NCBI GenBank assembly: GCA_020184695.1
Contig: JAANOX010000242.1
Span: 186,001 to 250,000 of the forward strand
DNA length: 64,000 bases
Direction of reading: 5' to 3'
Source of the DNA: Histomonas meleagridis 2922-C6/04-290x
Lineage: Eukaryota; Protista; Parabasalia
Shown here piece by piece: positions 10,386-21,714 of this stretch; position 1 is the first letter of the stretch; the number at the start of each line of letters is the position of its first letter. The notes under the pieces were generated by a model, which was not told the DNA's origin, did not search any database, and saw only the letters and a program-made list of their open reading frames with translations. The translations under genes were made by a program, and so were the position numbers.

Positions 10386-11870
10386 TTATAACCATTGATC
10401 ATTTTCCTTAATAATGAAGTCTTTAAATTCTTTGTTGGTGACTTCTGCGTTATCTTTTGATGAACTTATCGTTGTCATTTCTTTTTGCGTATTCGAATTT
10501 CCTTTTTGTTTGCGTTGAATTAAAAAGAGAACGAGTCCAATCATAAGTAATACGATGATTACTGCACCACAGATAATACCAATTAATGCACTTTGTGGAA
10601 TTGTATCATTTTCGTGTAAATCATCATGAAGTATTGTATAGAAATTAGAATAATAAATATAATACGTCGAATATTGATAAAGAATATATTCATATGTAAT
10701 AAATTCCGAATAAATATAATAATATGTCGAATGAGTTAATGTAATACTAATCGAATTCGTAATCATCGATTTGGAAATAATCGTTTGCGTAATGGAATAT
10801 GTGGAAATTATCGTATGAACAAATGTTCCATCGAATTGTAATGAATCAGAAAGTGAACTTAAATATGTATATGTATTCGAATTAGTAGAAATATATGATT
10901 TAGTATATGTATTCGAATCAGTAATTGTATTTGATTTAATAAATGTATTTGATTTTGTAAATATATTTGATTTTGTAAATGTATTTGATTTAGTAAATGC
11001 ATTTGATTTAGTAAATGTACTCGAATCAGTAAATGTATGTGGTTGTGTAAAAGTTTGCGTTTCCATTGGACTGCATCCATCAACAGCTGTTCCTTTGAGT
11101 GCCGCCTTTGTACCAAATGTATCGCTATTGTATGAATTGAATGTCATAACATATTCTGCAGGTACACTATTAAAAATATTTGAAACAATTTCTGGTTCAC
11201 TTTCACCATAATAATATATACATTGAAGATTCGAGCATCCATTAAATGCATTACTTCCAATTTTGGTAACTGATGATGGAATTATTATATTAGTTAATAA
11301 TGAACATGATTGAAATGCACCACTTCCAATCGTTTTTACATTATCTCCAATCGTAATCGTTTGCAATCTAGGACAAAAGTAAAATGCATAATCACCAATA
11401 GATGTAACACAATCACCAATTTCAACTGAAGTTAATTTCATCCAATCAGAAAAAGCATTTTCTCCAATTTCTTCAACACCGCCAATGATAATAACATGTG
11501 ATGCTTCTTCTAAATACACATCCCTATTGTTATATTCTTCATCAGTAGTTATAGTTAGTGTCCCTGATTGATATGTTTCAATAGATTGTGTAAAAAATAG
11601 AACAAATAAAAGAAAAAGAATTTTTGATTTGATTTTATCTATTTTGTGAATGTTTTGAGTAATTACTTTTACTTTGTAAATAACAATAAAAAACAAAATG
11701 GTCATTGGAATGATTTTGGATAAAAAAAAGCTTGAATAATTTTGATAAGAATTTAAATAATCATCAACATGTAAAAAATTTGAGAAAAGAAAATATCTCA
11801 AATGAAAGGCGATGTCAAAGGAAAATTGTGTAGTTAATAAATATTGATTTTCCAAATCAAAAAAAGGCAT
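10386..11870 (-). CDS. BspA-like membrane protein (LRR_5 + S/T-rich stalk + TM + acidic tail)
   Basis: TpLRR units, (SNxFTK)n stalk, TM ALIGIICGAVIIVLLMIGLVLFLI, tail ending ENDQWL. Confidence 0.9.
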   Translation of the reverse strand: MPFFDLENQYLLTTQFSFDIAFHLRYFLFSNFLHVDDYLNSYQNYSSFFLSKIIPMTILFFIVIYKVKVITQNIHKIDKIKSKILFLLFVLFFTQSIETYQSGTLTITTDEEYNNRDVYLEEASHVIIIGGVEEIGENAFSDWMKLTSVEIGDCVTSIGDYAFYFCPRLQTITIGDNVKTIGSGAFQSCSLLTNIIIPSSVTKIGSNAFNGCSNLQCIYYYGESEPEIVSNIFNSVPAEYVMTFNSYNSDTFGTKAALKGTAVDGCSPMETQTFTQPHTFTDSSTFTKSNAFTKSNTFTKSNIFTKSNTFIKSNTITDSNTYTKSYISTNSNTYTYLSSLSDSLQFDGTFVHTIISTYSITQTIISKSMITNSISITLTHSTYYYIYSEFITYEYILYQYSTYYIYYSNFYTILHDDLHENDTIPQSALIGIICGAVIIVLLMIGLVLFLIQRKQKGNSNTQKEMTTISSSKDNAEVTNKEFKDFIIKENDQWL

Positions 11871-11990
11871 GTATTGAAGCAAAATGGAACGAATTATTCC
11901 TGAGATTTTTCTGACAGTAAACTATACAAAATCACTTTTCAATTGTTAATGACATTCACAAATTTGAAACGGTTTGAATACTTATCGTCT

Positions 11991-13330
11991 TTTTATGACA
12001 ACGGTTCGTGCTTTTGTATTGAATTCGATCGTATTGTATTGAGACTGCGTTCAAAAAACCGCTACGATATGGAGGTGCAAATCCTGCTCCAAAGATAATC
12101 ATCGAGTAGGAGTGGCTATCCATATGCCAAAATAATAGAAGAATTGGGGCAGAAAAGGCCGAAGGCTTTTTGCTGAACCCCTCTGCTTTGTATATAGAGT
12201 CCTCACATCCTGAAATAAATTCCGATGAATTCGCACCGCTAAAAAAAATCCATTTTATGACAACGGTTTGTATGTTTCAAAATGTTATTTGACACAATTC
12301 AATCGGCTATTTTTTCACAGATCTCAGGCATTCAGTTCGGATAGAATGTTATACTAAGGAATACCACCATCGAGTAAAGAATTAAAAAGTTAATGAAAAC
12401 TTCGAAATTAATTTCAACAGTTGAAAAGATCTTTTGTCATCATCACAAATTAAGTCGATACCAAAAAAGTGTCAATCACAAAAAGAAATTGATCTTGTTT
12501 TAGCGAATTTTTTTTTTTGAATTCAAAAAAACTTATATTGAAATTTTAAAATTATCATTAAACCATTAGAGGAAAATTTACAAGCGCATTTAGTTATGTC
12601 AAATATGCGTACTCTTATTTCTTTATCATTTTAGTTTGATTATATCTTCAATTATTGATTGAAGGGAAGCCAAGCAATCGCTTTTCACCTATAGCTCATC
12701 CATATTTACCATTTTTTTCACGTTTTTTCATCCAAGACTTACAAATTATTTTTCCAATATATTTCAAGCGCTCATACGCCAAATATTGTGATGCAATTAT
12801 ATTTTATGACAACGGTTTATATCTTTCAAAATATTTTTGTATATATATACTACCGTTCAATATTTAAACCGTTCATTATCGCCAACCGTTGTTTTTTATG
12901 ACCGGAGTATTTTTCATGTTCAGAAATGGTGACTACTTTTGATCGTTTTTTTACAAAAATAGCACTTAAAAAGTTGGATTTGGAACATTTGTTTCCTGTT
13001 TGGAACATCAGTTTAGGATTAAATTTCGGCTAATCGTTTTAGATGCAGAATAAATATTTTCCCACAAATCCCGAGCATTCAGTTTGGATAAAATATTATA
13101 TTGAGCAATATCGCTTTCGAGCATAGAATTAAAATGTTAATGAAAACTAAGAAAGAAAAATTATTTTTCATTTTTTTTATCAATCGCAACATCTCATATG
13201 TCATCATTACAAATTAAGTTGATACAAGAAAAGTTTAAGTCACAAGAAGGTCTTGATCTTGCTTTTAGGAATGTTTTTGAATTAAAAACTTATATTGAAT
13301 TAACACAATTTGAAATTTTACAATTATCAT
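11991..13330. repeat. Degenerate direct-repeat mosaic upstream of BspA
   Basis: TTTTATGACAACGGTT at 11991, 12253 and 12802; diverged about 250-bp copies at about 12310-12560 and 13060-13330. Confidence 0.6.
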
Positions 13331-14042
13331 GTTCGAATAATTAAATCGAAAAATTACATTCTTATTTTCTTCAACCATTATATTTGTGAAACCAAACAAA
13401 ACTATTTTAATTACATAAATTTTGATTGAAAATGATCACATAACGAAAAACACATGAAAAAACAATTTTTGAGCACTTTTTTTTATCAGAATATAAATAT
13501 TTTGGTAAATCATTAAAATTAAGAATATAATATGTATGTTTTAATATTTATCTCATTTTAATATTATAGCTCGAAAAAAAGACCATCGCCATCTCATAGA
13601 ACTTTTTAGATATGATCTAAAATAAAGCAATAATAAAATGATAAAAAGTGAATGGAAAAAATCATTTTTTAGATTTCAAGAACCACCATATATATACATC
13701 TAAAATAATTAAGATTCATAATATATATTTTGAAAATAATTGATTTCGAAATTTTCATTTTGATTTGTATTTTTTTTCTCAATTTGAAAACAGATTTTTA
13801 CTTAATTGATGATAGGGAATTAATTCCCTTAAAAAACAAAAAATTTATCAGAATATGTTTATTTTCTCGGTTTTACATTTCTATGTTTTTCATCACATGT
13901 TAAAATTCTATATAATTATTGATATTCCATAAAAAATTGTTTTTTATTTTGAGAAAAAAACTTTTATTAATATTAAATTATTCATTTAATGTTTAAAACA
14001 TTAATTTACAATATGAAATTGCGCATTTCATTCTCTTTGAAA

Positions 14043-14564
14043 TTAATATAAGATGGGTGATTTTGAAAAGATGAATGATTTTGTAATGCTTGGTAATGAT
14101 GTACATGATGAAAATGCACTTTCTTCAATTGTGTTCACATTATTACCAAACGTTACTATATTTAATGACTTACATAATCGAAAAACATATTGTCCAATTG
14201 TTCTGACATTATCTTTATTCTTAATCGTATCCAAATCAGAACAATCAGCAAATGCATATTCCCCTATATAAGAAACGGTACCACCAATTTCAGCTGAAAA
14301 TGTTGAGGTCCACTTCGAAAAAGCTTCATATCCAATTTCTTCAACGCCGCCATTAATAATATCATGTGATGCTTCGTTTTTAAATTCATTCCTATTTTTA
14401 CATTCTTCATCAGTCGTTATAGTTAGTGTTTCGATTTGAAATGTTTCGATAGATTGTGTAAAAAATAGAACAAATAAAAGAAAAAGAATATTTGATTTGA
14501 TTTTATCTTTTTTGTGAATTTTTTGAAAAATTAATTTCTTATATAAAAGATCAAAAAATAACAT
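14043..14564 (-). pseudogene. Truncated BspA-like paralog
   Basis: Shares ILFLLFVLFFTQSIETFQ..TLTITTDEE with neighbours; LRRs jump to a stalk remnant then stop; upstream homologous leader is frame-disrupted. Confidence 0.75.
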
Positions 14565-15273
14565 GATTATTGGAATAATTTTAGATGAAAATATGAATGG
14601 AAAATTTTGTGTAAAATATTTGATGAATCCATCAAAGAAATGAGAAGTCAGAAAAAAACTTGTATATGAAGAGACGCCAAAATGAAGCTGTGCAATTCAT
14701 GAATGTTGTACCAGATGTAGCATTGAGAAAAAATGTAAATTCATAACCAACATAAAACCATAGAGAAAACAAAAATACATTTAAACGTGCTTTTCCTGCC
14801 TCTCAAAATTTGTGTGAAACTGAAAAAATTGTTCTGGGAAAAAATTGAAAAAAATCAAAATCTGATTCGATCGTTAACTGCTATTCCAAAGAGGAATATT
14901 ACGAACCTACCACAAGGTCAAAGATACCAATGATAGCTTCCAATAGATTTCATGCAGTGAATTGAACCTCCGCCTTGGGTTAAATTGAATATATTGTCTC
15001 TACACAACTTCACCTGATTAAATATTCAACCATCAGACACAGGCAGATGATTTTGGACGGCTAATCACTACCATTGAGCCAAAAAATAACATCAAAAATA
15101 TATGGTGACATTATAATTTAATTCATCAACTTCGAAAATACAATGAACTTGTGCTGCCTTTTTTACTGTTTGTAATTTTTCAGTGACCTCTTGAAAAATG
15201 AATTAACAAAATAAAATATATCGAATTCGAGATTTATTAATAAATGTTTTGGATCGAATATGATTCAATTGAT

Positions 15274-16881
15274 TTATAGCCATTGATCATTTTCCTTAAT
15301 AATGAAGTCTTTAAATTCTTTGTTGATGACTTCTGCGTTATCTTTTGATGAACTTATCGTTGTCATTTCTTTTTGCGTATTCGAATTTCCTTTTTGTTTG
15401 CGTTGAATTAAAAAGAGAACGAGTCCAATCATAAGTAATACGATGATTACTGCACCACAGATAATACCAATTAATGCACTTTGTGGAATTGTATCATTTT
15501 CGTGTAAATCATCATGAAGTATTGTATAGAAATTAGAATAATAAATATAATACGTCGAATATTGATAAAGAATATATTCATATGTAATAAATTCCGAATA
15601 AATATAATAATATGTCGAATGAGTTAATGTAATACTAATCGAATTCGTAATCATCGATTTGGAAATAATCGTTTGCGTAATGGAATATGTGGAAATTATC
15701 GTATGAACAAATGTTCCATCGAATTGTAATGAATCAGAAAGTGAACTTAAATATGTATATGTATTCGAATTTGTAAATGTATTTGATTTAATAAATATAT
15801 TCGAATTAGTAATTGTATTCGATTTAATAAATGTATTCGTATTAGTAAATGTATTCGAATTTGTAAAAATATTCAAATTAGTAAATGTATTTGATTTAGT
15901 AAATGTATTTGTTTGTGTAAAAGTTTGAGTTTCCGATGGACTGCATCCATCAATACTTGTCCCTTTGATTGCATTTTTTCCTCCAAATGTATTACTATTA
16001 TATGAATCGATTATCATAACATATCTTGCGGGAACCTGATAAAAAACATCTGACCCAAAAATACTTGATCCAAATTCTGGTTCACTTTCACCATAATAAT
16101 ATATACATTGAAGACTTGTGCACCCATAAAATGCAGAGCTTCCAATTTTGGTAACTGATGATGGAATTATTATATTAGTTAATGAAGAACAGTATTGAAA
16201 TGCACTATTTCCAATTGTGTTTACATTTTCGTGTATTGTTATTGATCTTAAACTTCTGCAATTATTAAACATTGCATTTGAAATTGAAGCTACTAAATTT
16301 GGAATTGTAATGCTTGGTAATGATGAACATGTTTGAAATGCAGCATATCCGATTGTATTTACATTATTACCAAATGTTACTAAATTTAATGATGAACATG
16401 TTTGAAATGCATAATCTCCAATAGAAGTAACACAATCACCAATTTCAACTGAAAATAATGAAGTCCACTCAGAAAAAGCATTTTCTCCAATTTCTTCAAC
16501 GCCGCCAGTGATTATAACATGTGATGCTTCTTTTTTATATTCACTCCTATTTTTATATTCTTCATCAGTAGTTATAGTTAGTGTTCCTAATTGAAATGTT
16601 TCAATAGATTGTGTAAAAAAGAGAACAAATAAAAGAAAAAGAATTTTTGATTCGATTTTATCTTTTTTATGAATGTTTTGAGTAATTACGTTTACTTTGT
16701 AAATAACAACAAAAAACAAAATGGTTATTGGAATGATTTTGGAAAGAAAAAAATTTTGTACAGAATTTAAATATTCACCAAAAAATTTAGTAAAGAGCAA
16801 AAATCTTATATAGCAAATGACATTAAAAAGAAGGTGTGAATCTGATGAGTGCTGTTGTACCGGAAAAATCAAATTTAACAT
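15274..16881 (-). CDS. BspA-like membrane protein, paralog of 10386-11870
   Basis: Same architecture; C-terminal about 160 aa almost identical to the 10386 copy. Confidence 0.9.
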   Translation of the reverse strand: MLNLIFPVQQHSSDSHLLFNVICYIRFLLFTKFFGEYLNSVQNFFLSKIIPITILFFVVIYKVNVITQNIHKKDKIESKILFLLFVLFFTQSIETFQLGTLTITTDEEYKNRSEYKKEASHVIITGGVEEIGENAFSEWTSLFSVEIGDCVTSIGDYAFQTCSSLNLVTFGNNVNTIGYAAFQTCSSLPSITIPNLVASISNAMFNNCRSLRSITIHENVNTIGNSAFQYCSSLTNIIIPSSVTKIGSSAFYGCTSLQCIYYYGESEPEFGSSIFGSDVFYQVPARYVMIIDSYNSNTFGGKNAIKGTSIDGCSPSETQTFTQTNTFTKSNTFTNLNIFTNSNTFTNTNTFIKSNTITNSNIFIKSNTFTNSNTYTYLSSLSDSLQFDGTFVHTIISTYSITQTIISKSMITNSISITLTHSTYYYIYSEFITYEYILYQYSTYYIYYSNFYTILHDDLHENDTIPQSALIGIICGAVIIVLLMIGLVLFLIQRKQKGNSNTQKEMTTISSSKDNAEVINKEFKDFIIKENDQWL

Positions 16882-17022
16882 GACGAAATGGAAGGTATTT
16901 TCCTGGTCGTATTATTCAAAAAGTTTATACAAAAAGCCACTCGGGATTATTGAAAAAGTTGTTTTTTCTTGTCGTTTTTTTAAACGATAAATTTCTATTC
17001 AAAACAATTGGCTAGACTTCAA

Positions 17023-17634
17023 ATGGTAAGTGTTTTCTTCTATGTGCCAAATCTAATCGGGTATGCACGTGTCATATTGATGTTTGCGGCTTACTTTTTT
17101 GCCTGTAGCAATCCAATATTGTTTTGCATTTGTTATGCATTATCACAAATCTTGGATATGTTTGATGGAATGGCTGCACGTAGGTTTAACCAAGCAACAA
17201 AATTCGGTGCAATGTTAGATATGGTTACTGATAGGTGTTCTACTGTTGGATTACTTATGACAGTTTCCAATAGAATTCCATCACTTCAAATTTTCTGCCA
17301 TATTTTCATATGGCTTGATATCTTTAGTCACTGGGCACATATGTTGGCATCATTAAGCGCTGGTGCTGGATCCCACAAAAACGTTAGAAGTGGTCCAAAG
17401 CTTCTTCAATATTATTACAAGACAAAGTGGTTCATGGTACTTTTGATTATTGGAGCAGAAGGTCTTCCACTTGCTATCTATCTCTCTAGTTTCCATTTCA
17501 AGGAACCATTAAGTCAAATCATCAACTTTTTGATTTTGATATTTGCACCACTTTTCTTCACAAAGCATTTCATCAACGTCATCCAATTTATGAATGCAAG
17601 CGTTTCGCTTGATCATCCACCAAAGAAGGAGTAA
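17023..17634 (+). CDS. PIS1: CDP-diacylglycerol-inositol 3-phosphatidyltransferase (phosphatidylinositol synthase)
   Basis: VFFYVPNLIGYARV start; CDP-alcohol phosphatidyltransferase motif DMFDGMAARRFNQATKFGAMLDMVTDR. Confidence 0.93.
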   Translation: MVSVFFYVPNLIGYARVILMFAAYFFACSNPILFCICYALSQILDMFDGMAARRFNQATKFGAMLDMVTDRCSTVGLLMTVSNRIPSLQIFCHIFIWLDIFSHWAHMLASLSAGAGSHKNVRSGPKLLQYYYKTKWFMVLLIIGAEGLPLAIYLSSFHFKEPLSQIINFLILIFAPLFFTKHFINVIQFMNASVSLDHPPKKE

Positions 17635-17981
17635 AACATGAATTTTTACGAACATTGAAAAAGTTATTTTCTCTTTCACTTTTTGTGCATTTTAGATGGC
17701 TGTGGGTGCATTGAAATTTTTGCTTTAATTTGATTTTGTTCATCGGTTTTGAAAAACTTTTTTTAAATCAAAAAGAAAATGTTTTTTACTGAAATATCAC
17801 CACTATATGTGCATTAATGTTAATAAATAACTGTATTGAAAGAATGGTTAAGGTCCTTATAAAATTATGGCTTCAATATAAATTAAAGAAGTTTGATTTT
17901 ATGTGTTTATAAAACAAATAAATTTTAAATGTTTTATCACAAAAATATTAAATCACAATTTATTCACTTAAATCTTCTTAC

Positions 17982-20954
17982 TTAATTATATTCATTATTC
18001 GAAGTCGCCAATGCCAAATTAATATGATGCAAATTTGTCGGATAAAAGTTTCGATGCACACAATCGATAATCGGATTCTTTTGACTTAAGTCCAATTTAT
18101 ACAATAATTCGTTTGTTCCTATTTTCTCGCAAATATATTTAACGTCATCATCAAACAATGTTTCGTTTATATTGTCATACGAATCTATTGAATATATAAC
18201 TTCGTCCAATTCCAAAAGATCCAAAATCAAAATCAAATCTTGCAATGTCAAATTTGACATTTTCGAAGCTATTTCAACAATATCAATTCCGGGCTCACCA
18301 TTAATTATTTCCGCTGTTTTCATAATTAACTTCGTTTTCATATCGTCATCAATTGATCCATCAGTTCTAACCCAAAAATGAGGTTTAACGAAATGATTTG
18401 ATGAATCTTCGAACAAATGATTTATCCCATAAACGTAGGAAACATAAATTGGCAAAAGAGAATTTGAATTAATTCGATAAATATAATCGAATTCTTCCAA
18501 ATAATTCATTGCGGTGAATATCAAATTATTATTAAAACTTTTATATAAATTTAATATTACGTCAAGTGAAATACCTTTTGAGAAATGTTGTAATATAAAT
18601 GAATATAATAATCGACATAAAAGTATCAAATCAGTGTTATCTTGTGTTTGATATATCAATATAAATAATTGCATAAAAGTCGATTGAAGTGATTCGCAAT
18701 AATCACCTTTATAATTCTTATAAATTGCATGAAACTCTTTCTCTGTTTGCTGTGCATAATTTACTTCAAACTCAGGCAAATTTGGATAATTAATTGCCGT
18801 AGATACAAATTGATAACATGATGAAATACGAATTTTCTTAAACGATTCAGTCATTGATGACTTTTTAGGATTACTGATTATATCTTTCGAATTAATTGTG
18901 TCGACTTTAGGTGGCTTTAATATTATAGAAACAGGTGTTTCTTCATTAAGAATATATGTACATGATCCTTCATCACTTTCTTTATGTGAAATTAATTCGG
19001 GATCTTTTGATGCTTGGATAAAACCTATGATATCTTTATAATAACTTGGACGGAAACTTAGGTTAAACTCTTGGAAAGCTTTTGTACATTTAAATGACGA
19101 TTTTTGAAATCTGTTTTCTTCTTCAACGACATTTTGTGTTAAGAACCGCGATAACTTCAGAAAGAAAACGGCTTCATTCAAATCGCTTGAATCAATTTCA
19201 CACAAAAGTTTCTTTGCTTTATTTACCACATAACATGAACTTGGACACATTGAAATTATTTTTAAACGTTCTATCAGTTCACCTAAATATGGATTCAATC
19301 GAAAACGTAATTGTGAAACATTAAATTTGTTAAAATATTCAATTGATGTTAATTCATAACAATCAGAATTTATATCAAACCTTGAAATCACTGAGGAAAT
19401 ATTTGATGTAGTATAATAAAATAAATCACGATAATCTTTATATTTGGTCATTAAAAACATATGTCGATTATTTGGGCGTACTAAATATGAATCAATTACC
19501 ATTTTATTAATGGTTTGAATCATCTTTAACATCTTTTTCCATTGCCTTGGAAAAGTTCCTATATAACCATTTGGAAATATTATAGAAATTGATGCTAAAT
19601 AATTAAAAATGACATTAATATCAAAATTCTTTAAAAATGTAAAATTATCAATGTCTAATTCATCTACATATAAAGTTGGATTTGGTTCAAAATTGGTTTT
19701 AAGTTCACAAAAATCTGAAATTAAACCTTGCTTTGGATATTGAATAAGCCTTTCATCTATCTTTAAGAATTTGTTTTCTATGGCTCGAAGAAGTCTAATC
19801 CAATCAAATCCAACTTTAGATATATATTGTTCAACTTGAGCATAATGATAGGGAAATGTGATGTGAAATGGTGGTACAATTGTTTTTTCGATAACTCTTT
19901 GGATCATTGGATTTGCAAAATCTCTTCCTTTCCTGTTCATAGAATATTGTTTTAGCCAAAGTTGCACAGAATGTGGGTCAACAAATTCCATCAAAGAGAT
20001 TGTTTGATAAACACGATGAAAGTCTATAATTTCTGATCGATTAGTAAAATCATATGAAAGTTCATACCTACCAAAAAAGTTAAATGCGTTTGTTCTGACC
20101 ATTTGATAACTTTTCTTAGATTTTTTTTTCAGATAGATATACATGAAAATTTTTGATGATGTCATTGCAGAAGCACCCTCTAGAAGATTTTTGGCAATCT
20201 GTTTAAACTCTTTGAAGTCTATTTCGTCCCTAATTCGTTTTGGCAGATTACTTACAAGAATATGCCGAAGCTTTGGTTCTCTAAGGAACACATCAGGAAC
20301 ATTACGAGTTCCAATTATTTTGGTATACAAATCAACAGAAAACGCATTTATAAAATCTTGAATTGTGAATTCATTAGTTGAAAATGTTTCAAAAATAAAA
20401 AGATGAGCAATCTCAAATCGAATCTTTTTCATGGGAATATAACCATTTCTGATTGTGTCTTTTGCGCGAAATTGATCTTTTCGATAAACTTTAGTTGGTG
20501 TTAAATCGCTATCTTCTATTATTTTCTGTGCATTGTCTTCACTGTTTTCAGGCTTTTTCTTTTTTCTTTTCATTGCTTTTATTTCAATTGCCTTTTTTGT
20601 AAGATCATCCAAAAGTTTCTTTGCTTTTTGTACATCACTCTCATGATCATCATCTGTTTCACCTAAAACAAAAAAAGAAGTAGATTTTAAGGAATGATGA
20701 CCAGGATAAATTATTAAAGGTTTTGTATGAGGGATGGCAAGATCAATTTGAAATAATCCAAATTCAAGAAGCTTTTTGGAAAGGTTTTCGAGTTTTTCTG
20801 ATGACCATACATAATTTGGTATGATTTGTTTTGTGATATTATAAACTTCAAGCATTGAAGCAATGCCATCATTAGATTTAATAAAATCCTCTATAGCATT
20901 TCCTACTTTTTCCCATAGTTTTTTTTGTGAGGGCTTTGAAGTTTTCTCTTTCAT
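17982..20954 (-). CDS. Probable TFIIIC largest subunit homolog (GTF3C1/Tfc3-like)
   Basis: GYIPMKKIRFEIAHLFIF and C-terminal PHFWVRTDG...IINGEPGID...LILILDLLE resemble GTF3C1 family blocks from memory. Confidence 0.5.
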   Translation of the reverse strand: MKEKTSKPSQKKLWEKVGNAIEDFIKSNDGIASMLEVYNITKQIIPNYVWSSEKLENLSKKLLEFGLFQIDLAIPHTKPLIIYPGHHSLKSTSFFVLGETDDDHESDVQKAKKLLDDLTKKAIEIKAMKRKKKKPENSEDNAQKIIEDSDLTPTKVYRKDQFRAKDTIRNGYIPMKKIRFEIAHLFIFETFSTNEFTIQDFINAFSVDLYTKIIGTRNVPDVFLREPKLRHILVSNLPKRIRDEIDFKEFKQIAKNLLEGASAMTSSKIFMYIYLKKKSKKSYQMVRTNAFNFFGRYELSYDFTNRSEIIDFHRVYQTISLMEFVDPHSVQLWLKQYSMNRKGRDFANPMIQRVIEKTIVPPFHITFPYHYAQVEQYISKVGFDWIRLLRAIENKFLKIDERLIQYPKQGLISDFCELKTNFEPNPTLYVDELDIDNFTFLKNFDINVIFNYLASISIIFPNGYIGTFPRQWKKMLKMIQTINKMVIDSYLVRPNNRHMFLMTKYKDYRDLFYYTTSNISSVISRFDINSDCYELTSIEYFNKFNVSQLRFRLNPYLGELIERLKIISMCPSSCYVVNKAKKLLCEIDSSDLNEAVFFLKLSRFLTQNVVEEENRFQKSSFKCTKAFQEFNLSFRPSYYKDIIGFIQASKDPELISHKESDEGSCTYILNEETPVSIILKPPKVDTINSKDIISNPKKSSMTESFKKIRISSCYQFVSTAINYPNLPEFEVNYAQQTEKEFHAIYKNYKGDYCESLQSTFMQLFILIYQTQDNTDLILLCRLLYSFILQHFSKGISLDVILNLYKSFNNNLIFTAMNYLEEFDYIYRINSNSLLPIYVSYVYGINHLFEDSSNHFVKPHFWVRTDGSIDDDMKTKLIMKTAEIINGEPGIDIVEIASKMSNLTLQDLILILDLLELDEVIYSIDSYDNINETLFDDDVKYICEKIGTNELLYKLDLSQKNPIIDCVHRNFYPTNLHHINLALATSNNEYN

Positions 20955-20978
20955 TTAATAAAATACGTTAAAAATTTA

Positions 20979-21236
20979 ATGAAAGAAGAAAGCTTTATAA
21001 AGAGATTTGTAAAAAGTCTTTTTGAGCCAGGTATTGGGCCTCTTTTGATCAACTTTACACGAATTGTTATTTTTACCATGTTTTGCTACTTTGCTATTAT
21101 ACCATTCTTTGAATATAATATTCATTATGTAATTATGGCATTTTTATCATTTTGCTTTTTCCTTTCATTCGAATTTCTTGCTTACCAGCTGAAGAAGCAT
21201 CCAGAAGTTCTGGTTTCGAACAAAAAAGAAGAATAA
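20979..21236 (+). CDS. PKR1: V-ATPase assembly factor Pkr1-like small ER membrane protein
   Basis: F..RFVKSLFEPG.GP.LI...TM1-NIHY-TM2 matches the Pkr1 pattern. Confidence 0.75.
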   Translation: MKEESFIKRFVKSLFEPGIGPLLINFTRIVIFTMFCYFAIIPFFEYNIHYVIMAFLSFCFFLSFEFLAYQLKKHPEVLVSNKKEE

Positions 21237-21530
21237 AAAATATAATATATCTTTTTCAATTTTTTTTTTCTTGGCTACCCAATGAGACTATAGAAGGCTA
21301 TTAAGGACATGATATTAAACTTGATATATTTATAATAGAAGAAATAAAATTAATCTTATTACTCAGAATTAATTCTCATTTTTATTAAATGCCTCAAAAA
21401 CCCAAGTGGTGCATGATATTTTTTTGTATGTGTTACATTCTTATACAATTAATTTGCTAATGAATATTCATTAGTGTTATCATTGAAAAAGATTAGTTTA
21501 AAAATAAAACCAAGCATAGCTCTGGACAGT

Positions 21531-21710
21531 TTACTCATCCTTTTTGCTGTTCTTTTTGATTAAGCCAGCTTTGGCACGCTTTACATTGCGAAGGAATTTA
21601 CTGTTCATTCCCTTAGTGAACCAAAGTTGAACATTTCTGGCTTTCTTAATTCCGTTGCGATGCCATTGGTGACTTCTGTTGTGTGCTGATGTGTTGCTGC
21701 GCTTTGCCAT
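21531..21710 (-). CDS. RPL29: 60S ribosomal protein L29 (eL29), 59 aa, below the ORF-track cutoff
   Basis: Manual translation MAKRSNTSAHNRSHQWHRNGIKKARNVQLWFTKGMNSKFLRNVKRAKAGLIKKNSKKDE*. Confidence 0.93.
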   Translation of the reverse strand: MAKRSNTSAHNRSHQWHRNGIKKARNVQLWFTKGMNSKFLRNVKRAKAGLIKKNSKKDE

Positions 21711-21714
21711 GATA

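Noticed and set aside
12070-12092. tRNA-like T-arm (GGAGGTGCAAATCCTGCTCC)
   Set aside because: No matching acceptor, D or anticodon arms; B-box has mismatches
17023-17035. GTAAGT after the PIS1 ATG as a 5' splice site
   Set aside because: The frame is open and matches the PIS N-terminus (VFFYVPN); no branch/acceptor motif follows
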